The notes: generated from the letters alone by a model not told the origin. Shown: positions 10,800-22,455, counted from the first letter of the stretch. The stretch: 64,000 nt of DNA from Macrostomum lignano (GCA_002269645.1 NIVC01001071.1:62001-126000), one strand, 5' to 3'. Translations and numbers: made by a program.

Positions 10800-12127
10800 G
10801 CAGATGTCCAGATTAAATGGAGATAAAATGAGGGAGGAAAGCAGCTCAACTGGAAGCTTAGAGGAATCGCATGTGGACTTCAGTTTGCGAATCTGGGATT
10901 CCAACCTGTTTAGTAGTAAAGCGTGTGTGTTTCTGTACCCATTTTCACCTCAGTCAGAACCGGCTCATTTCACTGAATAGGTCGTACCTGCCTGATTTCT
11001 GAGAAAAGTGTTTTCTTTAGGCTGAAATACACTGTCCCATCCTGTGACCCGCAGTCATGCGCTGAGTTCTCTATCTGGCTTTCAAGGTAGAAGTGTTTTC
11101 CGGTCGCTGGCTTAAAGGTACAAGCTGATCGGGCATGGAGAGGGGGCTTACAGTATGTAGGGATATCGCTATTGGAAAATCAACTTTAAAGCCGAAGTCT
11201 CCTCACCTGGATTTCTCAAAGCGTTGTGCTCTTTCGGATCCTTCTGCGTTTCCGGAAGTGCAACAAGCCTAGCTGAAAGGCGGCAGTACTATCGTGAATG
11301 CAGCTCAGCATGAGCACAAGCTAAACCGTTTGTCAAAGGCAAGAAAAGCTATTGAGAAACAAAAATGAAAACAAAAAAATGCCAAACAAAATGAGGCCTC
11401 TCGATCCGGCCAAGAGGTCCTTTGGAACCTCACAATAGCAATTTGGCACGCTCAGAATTTGTGTCTTCCGAACTCTCTACAGATAGTCGAATCGAATTTC
11501 CCTCTCTCTGCTCTCTCCTCTCTTTTCTCCTGCTTTTCTCTCTTCTCCTCTCTCCTATCTTCTTCTCTCCTTTTCTACTTTCTTTTTTCCATTTCCTCTC
11601 TCGCCTTTCTGCTCTCTCCTCTCTCTTCTTCTGCTTTTCTTCCTTTTCCCGTCTCCTCTCTCCTCTTCTCTCTTCTCACTTATTTCCTCGTTTCTTCTCT
11701 CCTGTCTCTCTTCTCTTTTCCCGCTCCTTTGTCCCCTCCTGTGACCCGCAGTCATGCGCTGAGTTCTCTATCTGGCTTTTCAGGTAAAAAAGCTTTGGGT
11801 CCCTGGCTTAAAGGGTACAAGCTGATCGGGCATATAGAGGGGGGCTTACAGTATGTAGGGATATCGCTATTGGAAAATCAACTTTAAAGCCGAAGTCTCC
11901 TCACCTGGATTTCTCAAAGCGTTGTGCTCTTTCGGATCCTTCTGCGTTTCCGGAAGTGCAACAAGCTTAGCTGAAAGGCGGCAGTATTATCGTGAATGCA
12001 GCTCAGCATGAGTACAAGCTAAAGCGCAGGAGAATAACCTATACTCACATTTCTTTGAGGAAGGGCAGCTCAAAGATCCGTAGATGGCTGCGCTCATGCA
12101 GAACAGAAGCAGAACCGTTCGGATCAT
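10800..12127 (-). CDS. Tentative multi-exon gene for a small secreted protein (signal peptide MIRTVLLLFCMSAAIYGSLS-C), with an internally duplicated 66-nt exon
   Basis: ATG at 12127; exon 12127-12049 ends AAT|GTGAGT. A phase-1 symmetric exon 11970-11905 (TTTCAG|...CCAG|GTGAGG) has a second copy at 11272-11207. Downstream exons are uncertain. Confidence 0.35.
11036..12022. repeat. ~295-bp direct repeat pair (11036-11332 and 11738-12022) flanking a CT-rich low-complexity tract
   Basis: Near-identical sequences from CCTGTGACCCGCAGTCATGCG to CACAAGCTAAA/TACAAGCTAAA. Confidence 0.9.
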
Positions 12128-12946
12128 ATTTGAGTCGAGGCGAGTAATTAGATGAACTGATCCGCACAACCTTTTGTTGAACTTGTTAAGAACTGGCTTA
12201 GGTTTCTTCTTGTTTTTTCTAGTGCCGTCTGGCGAAACTTCGTGAAAAGTGCAATGAGGCGAAAAGTAGACATTCTGAGAGAGTCGCCACAGAAGCAACT
12301 GTACAATCCCAGTCAGTGGAGCTTTGGCCATAGACAGTTTGGATGTTCGAGAACTCGATGAGGCAGATTTTCATTTCTGCCTTACTTTGCACACTGTGCT
12401 GTGAATGGTTTACTACTGCGAAAGTATGAAGAAATCCGAAATTGAATTCTTTTGTCACTCGTAGAAAATGCTTGTTCCATTTCATAAAGTTTTGCCGTCT
12501 AGCTAAAAGATAAAATATAGACTATCGGAAAGTGGAAAGCTGGCAGGAAGCTTTTTACGCTCTGTCATGGAATTCGATAGACAACACTACATCGACAAAA
12601 GAACCTTCAATCTCTTTAAGAATAGTTAAATTTCCCGCTATTTTCTCGACAGAACATTTTTTGGCTGTACAGTTCCGATAGTAGACTCTGAGCAACAAGT
12701 GGAGTAGAATCGTATTATTTTCTATTTTCACTGTGTATTTTTTGCGTATGTTGGCCCCCAGTTTTAATGTTGTGAGTGCTCTGTGTAGTAGAACTTTCAC
12801 TACACAGAATTTAGATAATATTTGCACGATCGATAAATTAGGCCTTTCCGTGTGCGTGGCGCGCGAAGAGGACCAGTTTATTACTTTCCTTAATATGCAG
12901 CATGTCCATCGCCTAGGTTTAACTCTCCCTCTCACTCTCTCTTATC

Positions 12947-13401
12947 TAGGGATTGCAAAATCCCGGATTTGGCCAATCCAGGGATTGAATCCCGGGATCA
13001 GAAAAATACAGATTTTCGAGCTTCTAGGCAAAGAAAATATGCGCTTTAAGGCAAAAAAATATGCGCTAAACGCTTTTTTGCTCATTTTTTTATTGTTATA
13101 GAGAAAATGATCTATTTGTAGATGAAAAACAGCATTATCTTGTGACCTATTAAAGTAAGTAGTATAAATGTACTAATTAGTAGTAATTAAGAAGCAAATC
13201 ATATCAAAATTTAAATTGGAATTAATTTCACATTTAAATCTGTGGTGCGGGGTTTAAAAAGGTGTCACACGACGTGAGGCAATTAACGGAAATTAGCGCA
13301 GTATAATAAACTAGTTGTGGGCCTAATTATGTTCATATTACAGCACTTTTTTTAAAAAATACGAGTATTAACAAAAATTAGTCCCGGGATTGCAATCCCT
13401 A
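12947..13401. mobile_element. hAT-type MITE
   Basis: TIR TAGGGATTGCA...TGCAATCCCTA; perfect 8-bp TSD CTCTTATC at 12939-12946 and 13402-13409. Confidence 0.88.
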
Positions 13402-13509
13402 CTCTTATCTCTCTCGGCTTTTACGACCGCCTGTTGCTAAATTTAGCTTTTTACAAAGTGTTGGTTTATTTTAGGGAAGGTTGTGAACTGAATTTATGTG
13501 CTAGAAAAG

Positions 13510-13721
13510 GGTCGCTTTCATAAGACCGAAATTTCACAACGCCGAAAACTCAAAATACAGGGCCTTTCACAAGACCAAAATTTCACATCGTAGAAAACTT
13601 AATACAATAAGGAGCATGCAGAATTTTCGGCGTTGTGAAATTTCGGTCTTAATGAAGTTTCGGTCTTGTGAAGTATGGTGTTTCGGCGTTGTGAAATTTC
13701 GGTCTTAAAATCCCCCCCCCC
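13510..13721. mobile_element. Foldback MITE, Mutator-like
   Basis: Inverted AAGACCGAAATTTCACAACGCCGAAA / TTTCGGCGTTGTGAAATTTCGGTCTT. A 9-10-bp direct repeat CTAGAAAAG(G) flanks it at 13501 and 13722. Confidence 0.72.
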
Positions 13722-15429
13722 CTAGAAAAGGCCTAATCTACATGCGCTAAGGCAGCAAAGAGGGGTGAAAATACTTTTCTATTTGTCCAACTAGCGATTG
13801 GACACTGCATGGCTACAGCCCTGCCACCATGCGGACTACTATAGCCGTCAGTAAAGCAGAGCTTCGCTTCGGGACAGCGCCTTAATGGCAGGGCTAATGC
13901 ATCTGGCAGCCTCCGGTGGTGTGCAGTCCCCAATCCGGAAGAAGCTCGCGGTGCTGCCGCAGCTAGGCAAGAACTACTCAGGTAAAGAAGAACGGGAAGC
14001 GATGTTTCTTGGAAAATTTTGAAGCAGGTTTCACCCGAAAAATAGCTCGTACGGGTGTTTTTTCATCTCCATAAGAATTAAGATCAAGGACCACTAGGAA
14101 CACTTTGTTATTGATTAAGATTTTTGATGGGTTTCGACCTTTCAGGCCCCTTGTGAGGAAGCCTTCGGGCCTCAGGCTCAGAAACGAATCACTAAGAGAC
14201 CTGGCCCCCACTCCTGTCAGATGGTCAGCCCCATGGTAGCTTGATCGTGTGGCGAGCAGTCTAGGTCCTATAGCTAAGAGAGGGACAGCGAGAGACGAGC
14301 AGGGAGAATTTCGAAGGTAGAAATTAGCTAATCCGCAGATCAACTAACTCGCTGCCACCAGCCCGTGCGCCCTGGCTCACCACACCGGGGCTCTCGAAAT
14401 CGGGCTTCCGACTAGAAGGGCTTTGCACTTACCTGCCAACTAGTGTCTTTTTGCTGTCAATCTCGAAGTCATAGCCGATGATAAGGGACACTGCTGGACT
14501 AGATCGCATTGGCCATGCAGGTACAGAGGGGACTTGTGCAGGGGATTCTTGCAGTGGCGAGACTATGGGGTAGCTACATGTACTATTACATTGCTAAATA
14601 CGAAGAATTGTTCTTTTGGCCCTCAACGCGCCAACTAGCCTCTCATAGCGCTGATGATAGACTAACTCGAACTTCAGAGACCGCATGATTCATTACCCGA
14701 GCCGCTTGGCTAACCTGGAGTGCACAAAGTACATCTCTGGCGCCGATTCTGCACTTCTGGCAGTTTTGCTCACTGATTTGATTGATTGATCGACTGAGAA
14801 CCGCCTTGCCATTGGTCCACTGTGACCGGCGCCTACTAGCTTAGCTACTCATCTGAGCCGAACAAAGAAATAAAACCGATAAAAATAACTGTCAGATTTA
14901 ACCTTCTCCTTAGATCACTTCACACTTCAGATTGAATTGGAGTCTTAGACTACTAGCAGTATTATTAAGTGATCTCTGCCTCAGCAACAGCACTACTGAA
15001 CAAAATGAGCAAAAGTGTGCGCCTAATTCAGCTACTGAAATAGGGGACAGATAAGGGATCACCCAATCAAGCAAGTCTAGGTAGCCTCTCACCCAACCAA
15101 TCAGAAACTCAACAGCCGGCGACCAGGTAATCCACAGTGACCGAATCGGCTTGATGCCCTGCAGCTGTAGACTCGGGATGATGCTGTCACAATCTTCGCT
15201 GTTAGCTAGCAGGTGATGCTCTTCTCTTGATGTTCGCTGCTGATGACCGGGGGACTCGTCCTTGATGATTATGGGGGGGAGTCGCAATCCGGGGATCAAG
15301 AAACGACGGTCAGGCCGGGGAAAGAGTTCCTGGCCGAGAGCAAGCGAAAAGTTACGAAGTTGCAATCCGAGCGGGCCAAAAACTCCGGTTTAAATAGCCG
15401 CCAACTGGACCGCAGTTTTTATAATGGAA

Positions 15430-15520
15430 CACGTCGATTCTGATTGGCTGAGCCGTTTTGTTAAAATGAGCGCCGAATTTTCTGATTGGCTAAGCTTGCT
15501 GCCACCCAGAATCACGTGAC
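15430..15520. promoter_or_regulatory. Promoter-like cluster (two CCAAT boxes, E-box)
   Basis: CTGATTGGCT twice (~15439 and ~15482) and TCACGTGA at ~15511. Confidence 0.3.
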
Positions 15521-16719
15521 CGAGAGATCCTATCAGTTCCCACAGGGTCGTAAAAAGATGACAGGTGCGGCCATAAATCATTCAAAATCGCAACAAAATG
15601 ATTTATGACTTTTCGCGTAGGATTGACAGAAATTAATGAAAAAATATACATTAGAAATCTCTTATTAAATAGAAAGTGAAGATAATGAAGAGAAATTGCT
15701 AATCGCTAATCCCAAAGTACTTTAGGGGTAAAACGCATAGCTGTCAAAGCTGTCACACGCTTGAGTGAACCGAACAATAGGCTCTGACCTCATAAATCTT
15801 GATGGCCTGTCAAAATGATGAGAAAAAAGCTACCGCCCGCATCCTCTCAGACCATCTGGCGCCCGTCTCAACACTGAGTGAGGCGCAGGTGGCTGTCAGA
15901 CCAGCTTCGAAAGCGATGATTTATGACCCAAAAAGCAACGCCTATGTTATTATGACTACTAGTATGGCCAGACATTATATCTAGTATAGATTCTATGACT
16001 ATTCGCAGAAAAAGGATAAAAATGCCCTTAGCCTGCTGTCAGTAGGCTAGTAAGTTTAGAGCCCATGTGCTAGCGCGGGATTTGGGAAAAAGTGCGTCCT
16101 CATCATTTTACTCTTAGATAGGATACTGCCATTTAACTGCGAAGATTCAATTTAGGGCTTAGTTAGCAGCGGTTATCCGGCATACTCGCATTGTCCAGTG
16201 AAACTAAACTCAAGTGAAGTTCAGTAGGTTGAAAAATTGTACCCTACTTAGTTTTGTGGTGAATTTTTTAAAGTGAAATAAATTAATTTCCTGCGCAATA
16301 AATAAAACAAATGCAACAAGTACTACCATATTGCTGATAAGTAGTAAGTCTCAGATCGTGGCGCAAAAAATACGGTCACTGTTGATGATTTTAATTAAAA
16401 CAAAAAACATATAATAGTACATGATGCAACTAAATTCAACTGATGGTAATAAAATATTGTACTACAGGAAAAAATAGTAAATCAGCTGCATTCGAAATTT
16501 GAGAATTTGATTTCTTGTGAAGATTTTAACAATAATGAAATAAACTGTTTATAATTACTATTAAAATAAGTTCCAACACCCAATAAGCTTCAAGCAAAGG
16601 CAAAGGCAAGCGATAAATAATAAAAAAAACAAAAAACCAAACGTGCAGACTGGGACAACGCATTTGTTTAAAATTGAAAATTGTTTTTTTCAACAAAAAA
16701 GCCCTACATAAGTTGATTA

Positions 16720-17140
16720 CGCTACATATCGGCAAAAATCACTCCGAACTTTTCTAGACCACACAATGCATAATCTAATCTAACCCTAACCCTAACCCTA
16801 ACCCTAATCTAATATCTAAAATTAGTAGGTATCTAAAATTAGTAAGGTCTAAAATTTAGTAGAAGCAAAAAAAGCTCATTACGATACATATCGGCAAAAA
16901 TAGTTACAAACCTTCAGGCTGGTAAAAATGTTTTCGATACATATCGGCAAAAAAACTTTACAAACCTTCGGGCTAAAACTATTTCCGCTACAGATCGGTA
17001 AATAACAAACTTACGGGCTAATAAAATTATTTTCGATACATATCGGCAAAAAACCCTACAAACCTTCAGGCTAAAACTATTTCCGCTACATATCGGTAAT
17101 ACGTGCTAATAAAACTATTTTCGATACATATCGGCGAAGA
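16720..17140. repeat. Degenerate array of CGATACATATCGG motifs with a short (TAACCC)n tract
   Basis: About 7 copies of (CG/CT)ATACATATCGG at irregular spacing (mostly ~40-50 bp); TAACCC repeats at ~16781-16805. Confidence 0.8.
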
Positions 17141-17237
17141 AAAAAGTTTATAAAAGCGCTACATGCTAAGCTACAGACAGATTTAGCAATCGGTTATTGT
17201 TGCTGTCGGTTGCTTGTTGAGAATTTAATCCTCCGAC

Positions 17238-18635
17238 TCAAGCCTCCGAAGTGGAGCCTCTCCTGTCCTGCTGCTGAGATCGCTTGGCAGCCAGCAGGCG
17301 CTGCTGCAAGCCAGCGGCGAATCTCTTCGCTCCCGGGCCCGTGAGCGACTGCGTCGCCGACACTCCCGGCAGAGCCGACGACGACGACGGAGCGCCGACG
17401 GCAGCGGCACCGACGCCGGTCTCAATAGCATTCTCGTGCTCGCTCTCCGACATGCGACGTCGAATGAGAGGCCGACGCGGCCTGAGCAGCATGCCTTCGA
17501 GTAGACGCATTGTGTCGGACTCGGACGCCGACGCTCGGGCACCAGGATGCTGCGGCTGAAGAAGAGATGAGAATAGCGAGGCTCTTTAGTCTTTATGTCG
17601 CGCTATGTAGCATGGTCTCTAAAGGCCAGAGTCTTAAAGAGGCCCCACAACAGCTCATTTAGGTCCCGTGATTATTTATTTATAGGCTTTACAAAGACAC
17701 ATTTAGGTCGAAAGAGGATTCCTATAAGTCCCGTGAGGACACATTTAGATAGGTCTTGTGAGGACTCATTTATAGGATTCGTGAGCAGTCATTTAGATAC
17801 CGTGAGGAGTCATTTAGATCCCGTGAGGAGTCATTTAGATCCCGTGAGGAGTCATTTAGTTCCCGTGAGGACTTTTTTATAGGCTTCGTGAGGACTCATT
17901 TAGGTCCCGTGAAGAGTAATTTAGGTCTTGTGAGAGCTCATTTATATGATTCATGAGGAGTCATTTAAATCCCGTGAGGAGTCATTTAGGTCCCGTGATG
18001 ACACATTTAGATGGCGTGAGGACTCATTTATAGGCTTCATGAAGAGTCATTTAGGTCCCGTGAGGACTCATTTAGATCCCGTGAGGACTCATTTAGGTCC
18101 AGTAAGGACTCATTTAGGTCCAGTAAGGACTCATTTATAGGCTTCGTAAGGACTCATTCAGGTCTCATAAGATGTGACTGCGTTCACCCGTGTGGGTCTC
18201 AGCTCTTACCTGCTGACCATGATCGGCCGGCGCTTTGATCAGTTCGCACTGCACACCGGCATCGGACATTGTGGCGACTGTCATTGCGGCAGCGGCGGCG
18301 GCGGCGGCAGCGGCCTGGCCGTTGGCCGGAGTAGCAGCGGCGCCAGTGGCCTTCTCGATGTCGACAGCGCCACTGTCTGCGCCAGCGGCGGTGCCGTCAG
18401 CTTCAAGATGACCGGCGCCGCCAGGGCCGCTTAAAATTTTATGACGCTTAGCGCGTCGCAAGCCGGGATCGTCAATATACAGCAGCAGAGCCTGTACCAA
18501 GGCGAACACCAGAGTGCCTAGTAAGGGGGCGGTGATGTTTACCCACAGGGGCCAGTAGGCCAGGTCCTGCGGCCTCGGAGGCGTCTGAGTAGTTGTCCAG
18601 GCAACGCTCGGCGAGTTTGGAGCTTCGGTAGCCAT
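17238..18635 (-). CDS. Uncharacterised single-pass membrane protein, paralog 2 (2 exons: 18635-18210, 17555-17238; ~247 aa)
   Basis: ATG at 18635; hydrophobic WPLWVNITAPLLGTLVFALVQALLLYI followed by DDPGLRR. Phase-0 donor CAG|GTAAGA and acceptor TTCTTCAG|CCG join in frame to TGA at 17240-17238. Confidence 0.72.
17660..18165. repeat. 21-bp intronic minisatellite (CCCGTGAGGACTCATTTAGGT)
   Basis: Tandem array filling the intron of paralog 2. Confidence 0.93.
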
Positions 18636-18684
18636 ACGGTTTGTTAGGGTAGACTAGCATGAAATGCAGGTATCAAAATAGTGT

Positions 18685-19060
18685 TTTCGATACATATCGG
18701 TAGCCAGTTTGGGGATCATATGATTCAACTAGCTAGGACGAGTGTAAATATAGTTTTTCGATACATATCGGTAGCCATTTTTGGGATCATATGATCCAAT
18801 TAACTAGAACGAGTGTAAATATAGTCTTTGATACATATCGGTAGCCATTTTAGGGATGGTATAGTTCAACTAGCTAGGAATAGTTTAAACATAGTTTTCG
18901 ATACATATCGGTACCCATTTTAGGGATCACATGATCCAATTAGCTAGGACGAGTGTAAATATAGTCTTCGATACATATCGGTAGCCATTTAGGGATCACA
19001 TGATTCAATTAGATAGAACGAGTGTAAATATAGTCTTCAATACATATCGGTAGCCTTTTA
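18685..19060. repeat. ~70-bp tandem repeat built on TCGATACATATCGGTAGCC
   Basis: Six units near 18688, 18760, 18830, 18900, 18969 and 19039. Confidence 0.88.
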
Positions 19061-19541
19061 GGGATGGTATGGTTCAACTAGCTAGGAAAAGTTTAAACAT
19101 AAACAATAAACATAAACATAAACAAACTAGCAAGGACTGGTTTAAATATATATTTTAATGTATACCGTAGGCATTAAAGTACTGATGGTAACTCTTACAG
19201 ATAAGGCGTTTAGTAATAAATAGATGAAAATGCAAGTTATCACAGCCAAAAGCTAAGAATACATTATAAGCACAGTGATTTTTCGATACTAAGTAAAACA
19301 AAACGGAATGTAATTTTAAATCACTGCTTTCAATTTATAATAATACACTAATTCGTCTTATCAGGCATGATTGAATCAATTTATCATAGGTATAGATAAG
19401 ACTAAGATATTGGGAAAAAACATACACAATTAGAACTCAGATGCAATTAAAACTGTCATGAAGCGAAAGATTGGATTAGTGAAAACTGAAAATGGTTGCT
19501 AGGATCTTTAAATAGGCTTAAACTAATTAAATAGGCGGTGC

Positions 19542-20411
19542 CTAAACAGCGGATTCACAATTAGAGACAATGGGCTTGTTGGTAGCGATTGCACTACAAG
19601 ATCTGGGCTTAGGACGAGGAGGACGAATGTACACTGGGGCTGGGGGAGAGCCGGAGGGGTCTGGCTGGGGACGAGTGTACACTGGGGCTGGGTGAGAGCC
19701 GGAGGGGTCGGGCTGGGGACGAGTGTACACTGGGGCTGGGTGAGAGCCGGAGGGGTCTGGCTGGGGACGAGTGTACACTGGGGCTGGGTGAGAGCCGGAG
19801 GGGTCGGGCTGGGGACGAGTGTACACTGGGGCTGGGTGAGAGCCGGAGGGGTCGGGCTGGGGACGAGTGTACACTGGGGCTGGGTGAGAGCCGGAGGGGT
19901 CTGGCTGGGGACGAGTGTACACTGGGGCTGGGTGAGAGCCGGAGGGGTCGGGCTGGGGACGAGTGTACACTGGGGCTGGGTGAGAGCCGGAGGGGTCTGG
20001 CTGGGGACGAGTGTACACTGGGGCTGGGTGACGCATGCCGCTGGAACGCGAATAGTACACTGGGCGTAGATGAGGATTAGTTGACGATCTTTGCACTCGC
20101 CGTCGAGAAGGCAAGTGAGCTCGGTGAGCCCCAGAGCGAATGCCATTCGACTGCTTTCTAACACCATTTCTGCCGGCTTTTAAAGTGCCTAGTTTGCTAT
20201 CGCGAATTTTACGTTTGACAGAAGTTTTTCGTTGCTGCTTAATTCGCCTGAGCCCGGGATCGTCAATGTATAGCAGGAGCAATTGGACAAGTACAAAGGC
20301 CAGAGTGCCCAGCAACGGGGCGGCAACGTTTACCCACAGAGGCCAATAAGCCGCTTCTTGGGGTCTGGGCGTCTTTGAAGTTGTCCAAGTCTCCGCTGCT
20401 TCCGTAAGCAT
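19542..20411 (-). CDS. Uncharacterised single-pass membrane protein, paralog 1 (ORF runs through a 48-bp repeat; 3' structure uncertain)
   Basis: N-terminus WTTSKTPRPQEAAYWPLWVNVAAPLLGTLAFVLVQLLLLYIDDPGLRR is clearly homologous to paralog 2. Confidence 0.62.
   Translation of the reverse strand: MLTEAAETWTTSKTPRPQEAAYWPLWVNVAAPLLGTLAFVLVQLLLLYIDDPGLRRIKQQRKTSVKRKIRDSKLGTLKAGRNGVRKQSNGIRSGAHRAHLPSRRRVQRSSTNPHLRPVYYSRSSGMRHPAPVYTRPQPDPSGSHPAPVYTRPQPDPSGSHPAPVYTRPQPDPSGSHPAPVYTRPQPDPSGSHPAPVYTRPQPDPSGSHPAPVYTRPQPDPSGSHPAPVYTRPQPDPSGSHPAPVYTRPQPDPSGSPPAPVYIRPPRPKPRSCSAIATNKPIVSNCESAV
19630..20030. repeat. 48-bp minisatellite (8 units; HPAPVYTRPQPDPSGS in the minus ORF)
   Basis: GACGAGTGTACACTGGGGCTGGGTGAGAGCCGGAGGGGTC(T/G)GGCTGGG tandem. 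Confidence 0.96.
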
Positions 20412-20526
20412 ATTTATTAATTAAATTCATAAACATCAGCCGATGTTAGCAGAAAACAAATAAAAGAGAATTTCTGAACTATTTTAGGATAAATATATAG
20501 ACTACGATATTATACAGTATTATTAG

Positions 20527-20880
20527 TCACCCAACCTCATCAGGAGCCACCCCATCTCGTAAGGAGTCACCCGACCTCATCAGGAGCCACCCCATCTCGT
20601 AAAAAGTCACCCAACCTCATCAGGAGCCACCCCATCTCGTCAGGGGTTACCTAACCTCATCAGGAGCCACCCCATCTCGTCAGGGGTCATTAACCTCATC
20701 AGGAGCCACCCCATCTCGTCAGGGGTTACCTAACCTCATCAGGAGCCACCCCATCTCGTCAGGGGTCATTAACCTCATCAGGAGCCACCCCATCTCGTCA
20801 GGGGTCATTAACCTCATCAGGAGCCACCCCATCTCGTCAGGGGTCATTAACCTCATCAGGAGTCACCCCACCTCGCCAGG
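20527..20880. repeat. ~40-bp minisatellite (AACCTCATCAGGAGCCACCCCATCTCGTCAGGGGT...)
   Basis: Visible tandem array. Confidence 0.93.
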
Positions 20881-21464
20881 AGCCATCTGTTTCTGAATAC
20901 TTGGTTGGTTATTATAAAATATGCTTAATTACTTATTATACAAAATAAACAGACGAGCAGACACAACAATGTACTTTTTACTTCTAACACAAAAAATCAT
21001 TTACAACGCAAAATGTTTCGTACATACTACTCGTGAGAACTAATGTTTCCACCAAATTAAATTTTTTAATTAAATACACATTACTTAGAGAGTCACTATT
21101 AATTAATAAAATGTAAATTAGATTACGGACGCAAAACTTATTAGAAGCCAAAATACCCAAGACTGACATTATAACGGAAAAAAACAGGAGACTTTCTATT
21201 TAAAGTTTAGTAATATCGTGAAGAAATTACAAGATTATCAAATCAGTTTCCAAAACAAATATTTAATCAAGCAAAACGAGAGTTAAGAGAAATCTAGGTA
21301 ATAAGACCCTTTGGCAGACAATTAATGTCAGTAAGGAAAATTTAACAAAACCAATCGATAAACTAACAGACATAGCTTAACAATTCAATAGCACGTTGAC
21401 AAACATTAATAAATATGTGATGCTACGGCTCCCACAAGTAGCTAAACTTGAGATAAAAGAGCGA

Positions 21465-22455
21465 GTGTGCACTGAGGTGGGGCTGGGGTCAGGGACAGTG
21501 TACACTGTGAGGTGGTGGGTGGGGTCAGGGAGAGAGGGAGAGAGTGTACACTGCGAGGTGGGGCCGGGGCTGGGATCAGGGAGAGAGAGTGTACACTGCG
21601 AGGTGGGGCCGGGGCTGGGATCAGGGAGAGAGTGTACACTGCGAGGTGGGGCCGGGGCTGGGATCAGGGAGAGAGTGTACACTGCGAGGTGGGACCGGGG
21701 CTGGGATCAGGGAGAGAGAGTGTACACTGCGAGGTGGGGCCGGGATCAGGGAGAGAGTGTACACTGCGAGGTGGGGCCGGGGCTGGGATCAGGGAGAGAG
21801 TGTACACTGTGAGGTGGGGCCGGGGCTGGGATCAGGGAGAGAGTGTACACTGCGAGGTGGGGCCGGGGCTGGGATCAGGGAGAGAGTGTACATTGCGAGG
21901 TGGGGCCGGGGCTGGGATCAGGGAGAGTGTACACTGCGAGGTGGGGCCGGGGCTGGGATCAGGGAGAGAGTGTACACTGCGAGGTGGGGCCGGGGCTGGG
22001 ATCAGGGAGAGAGTGTACACTGCGAGGTGGGGCCGGGGCTGGGATCAGGGAGAGAGTGTACACTGCGAGGTGGGGCCGGGGCTGGGATCAGGGAGAGAGT
22101 GTACACTGCGAGGTGGGGCCGGGGCTGGGATCAGGGAGAGAGTGTACACTGCGAGGTGGGGCCGGGGCTGGGATCAGGGAGAGAGTGTACACTGTGAGGT
22201 GGGGCCGGGGCTGGGATCAGGGAGAGAGTGTACACTGCGAGGTGGGGCCGGGGCTGGGATCAGGGAGAGAGTGTACACTGTGAGGTGGGGCCGGGGCTGG
22301 GATCAGGGAGAGAGTGTACACTGCGAGGTGGGGCCGGGGCTGGGATCAGGGAGAGAGTGTACACTGTGAGGTGGTGGGTGGGGCTGGGATCAGGGAGAGA
22401 GTGTACACTGTGAGGTGGTGGGTGGGGTCAGGGAGAGAGCGTACACTGTGAGGTG
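21465..22455. repeat. 43-bp G-rich minisatellite (GAGAGAGTGTACACTGCGAGGTGGGGCCGGGGCTGGGATCAGG)
   Basis: Period 43 (e.g. 21961 to 22004); source of several spurious ORFs. Confidence 0.97.

Noticed and set aside
16720-19060. CRISPR-like appearance (palindromic repeats with spacers)
   Set aside because: The spacers are homologous to each other, there are no cas genes, and the context is eukaryotic.
21396-22413. Multiple 140-285-aa ORFs
   Set aside because: Frame-cycling products of the 43-bp minisatellite.
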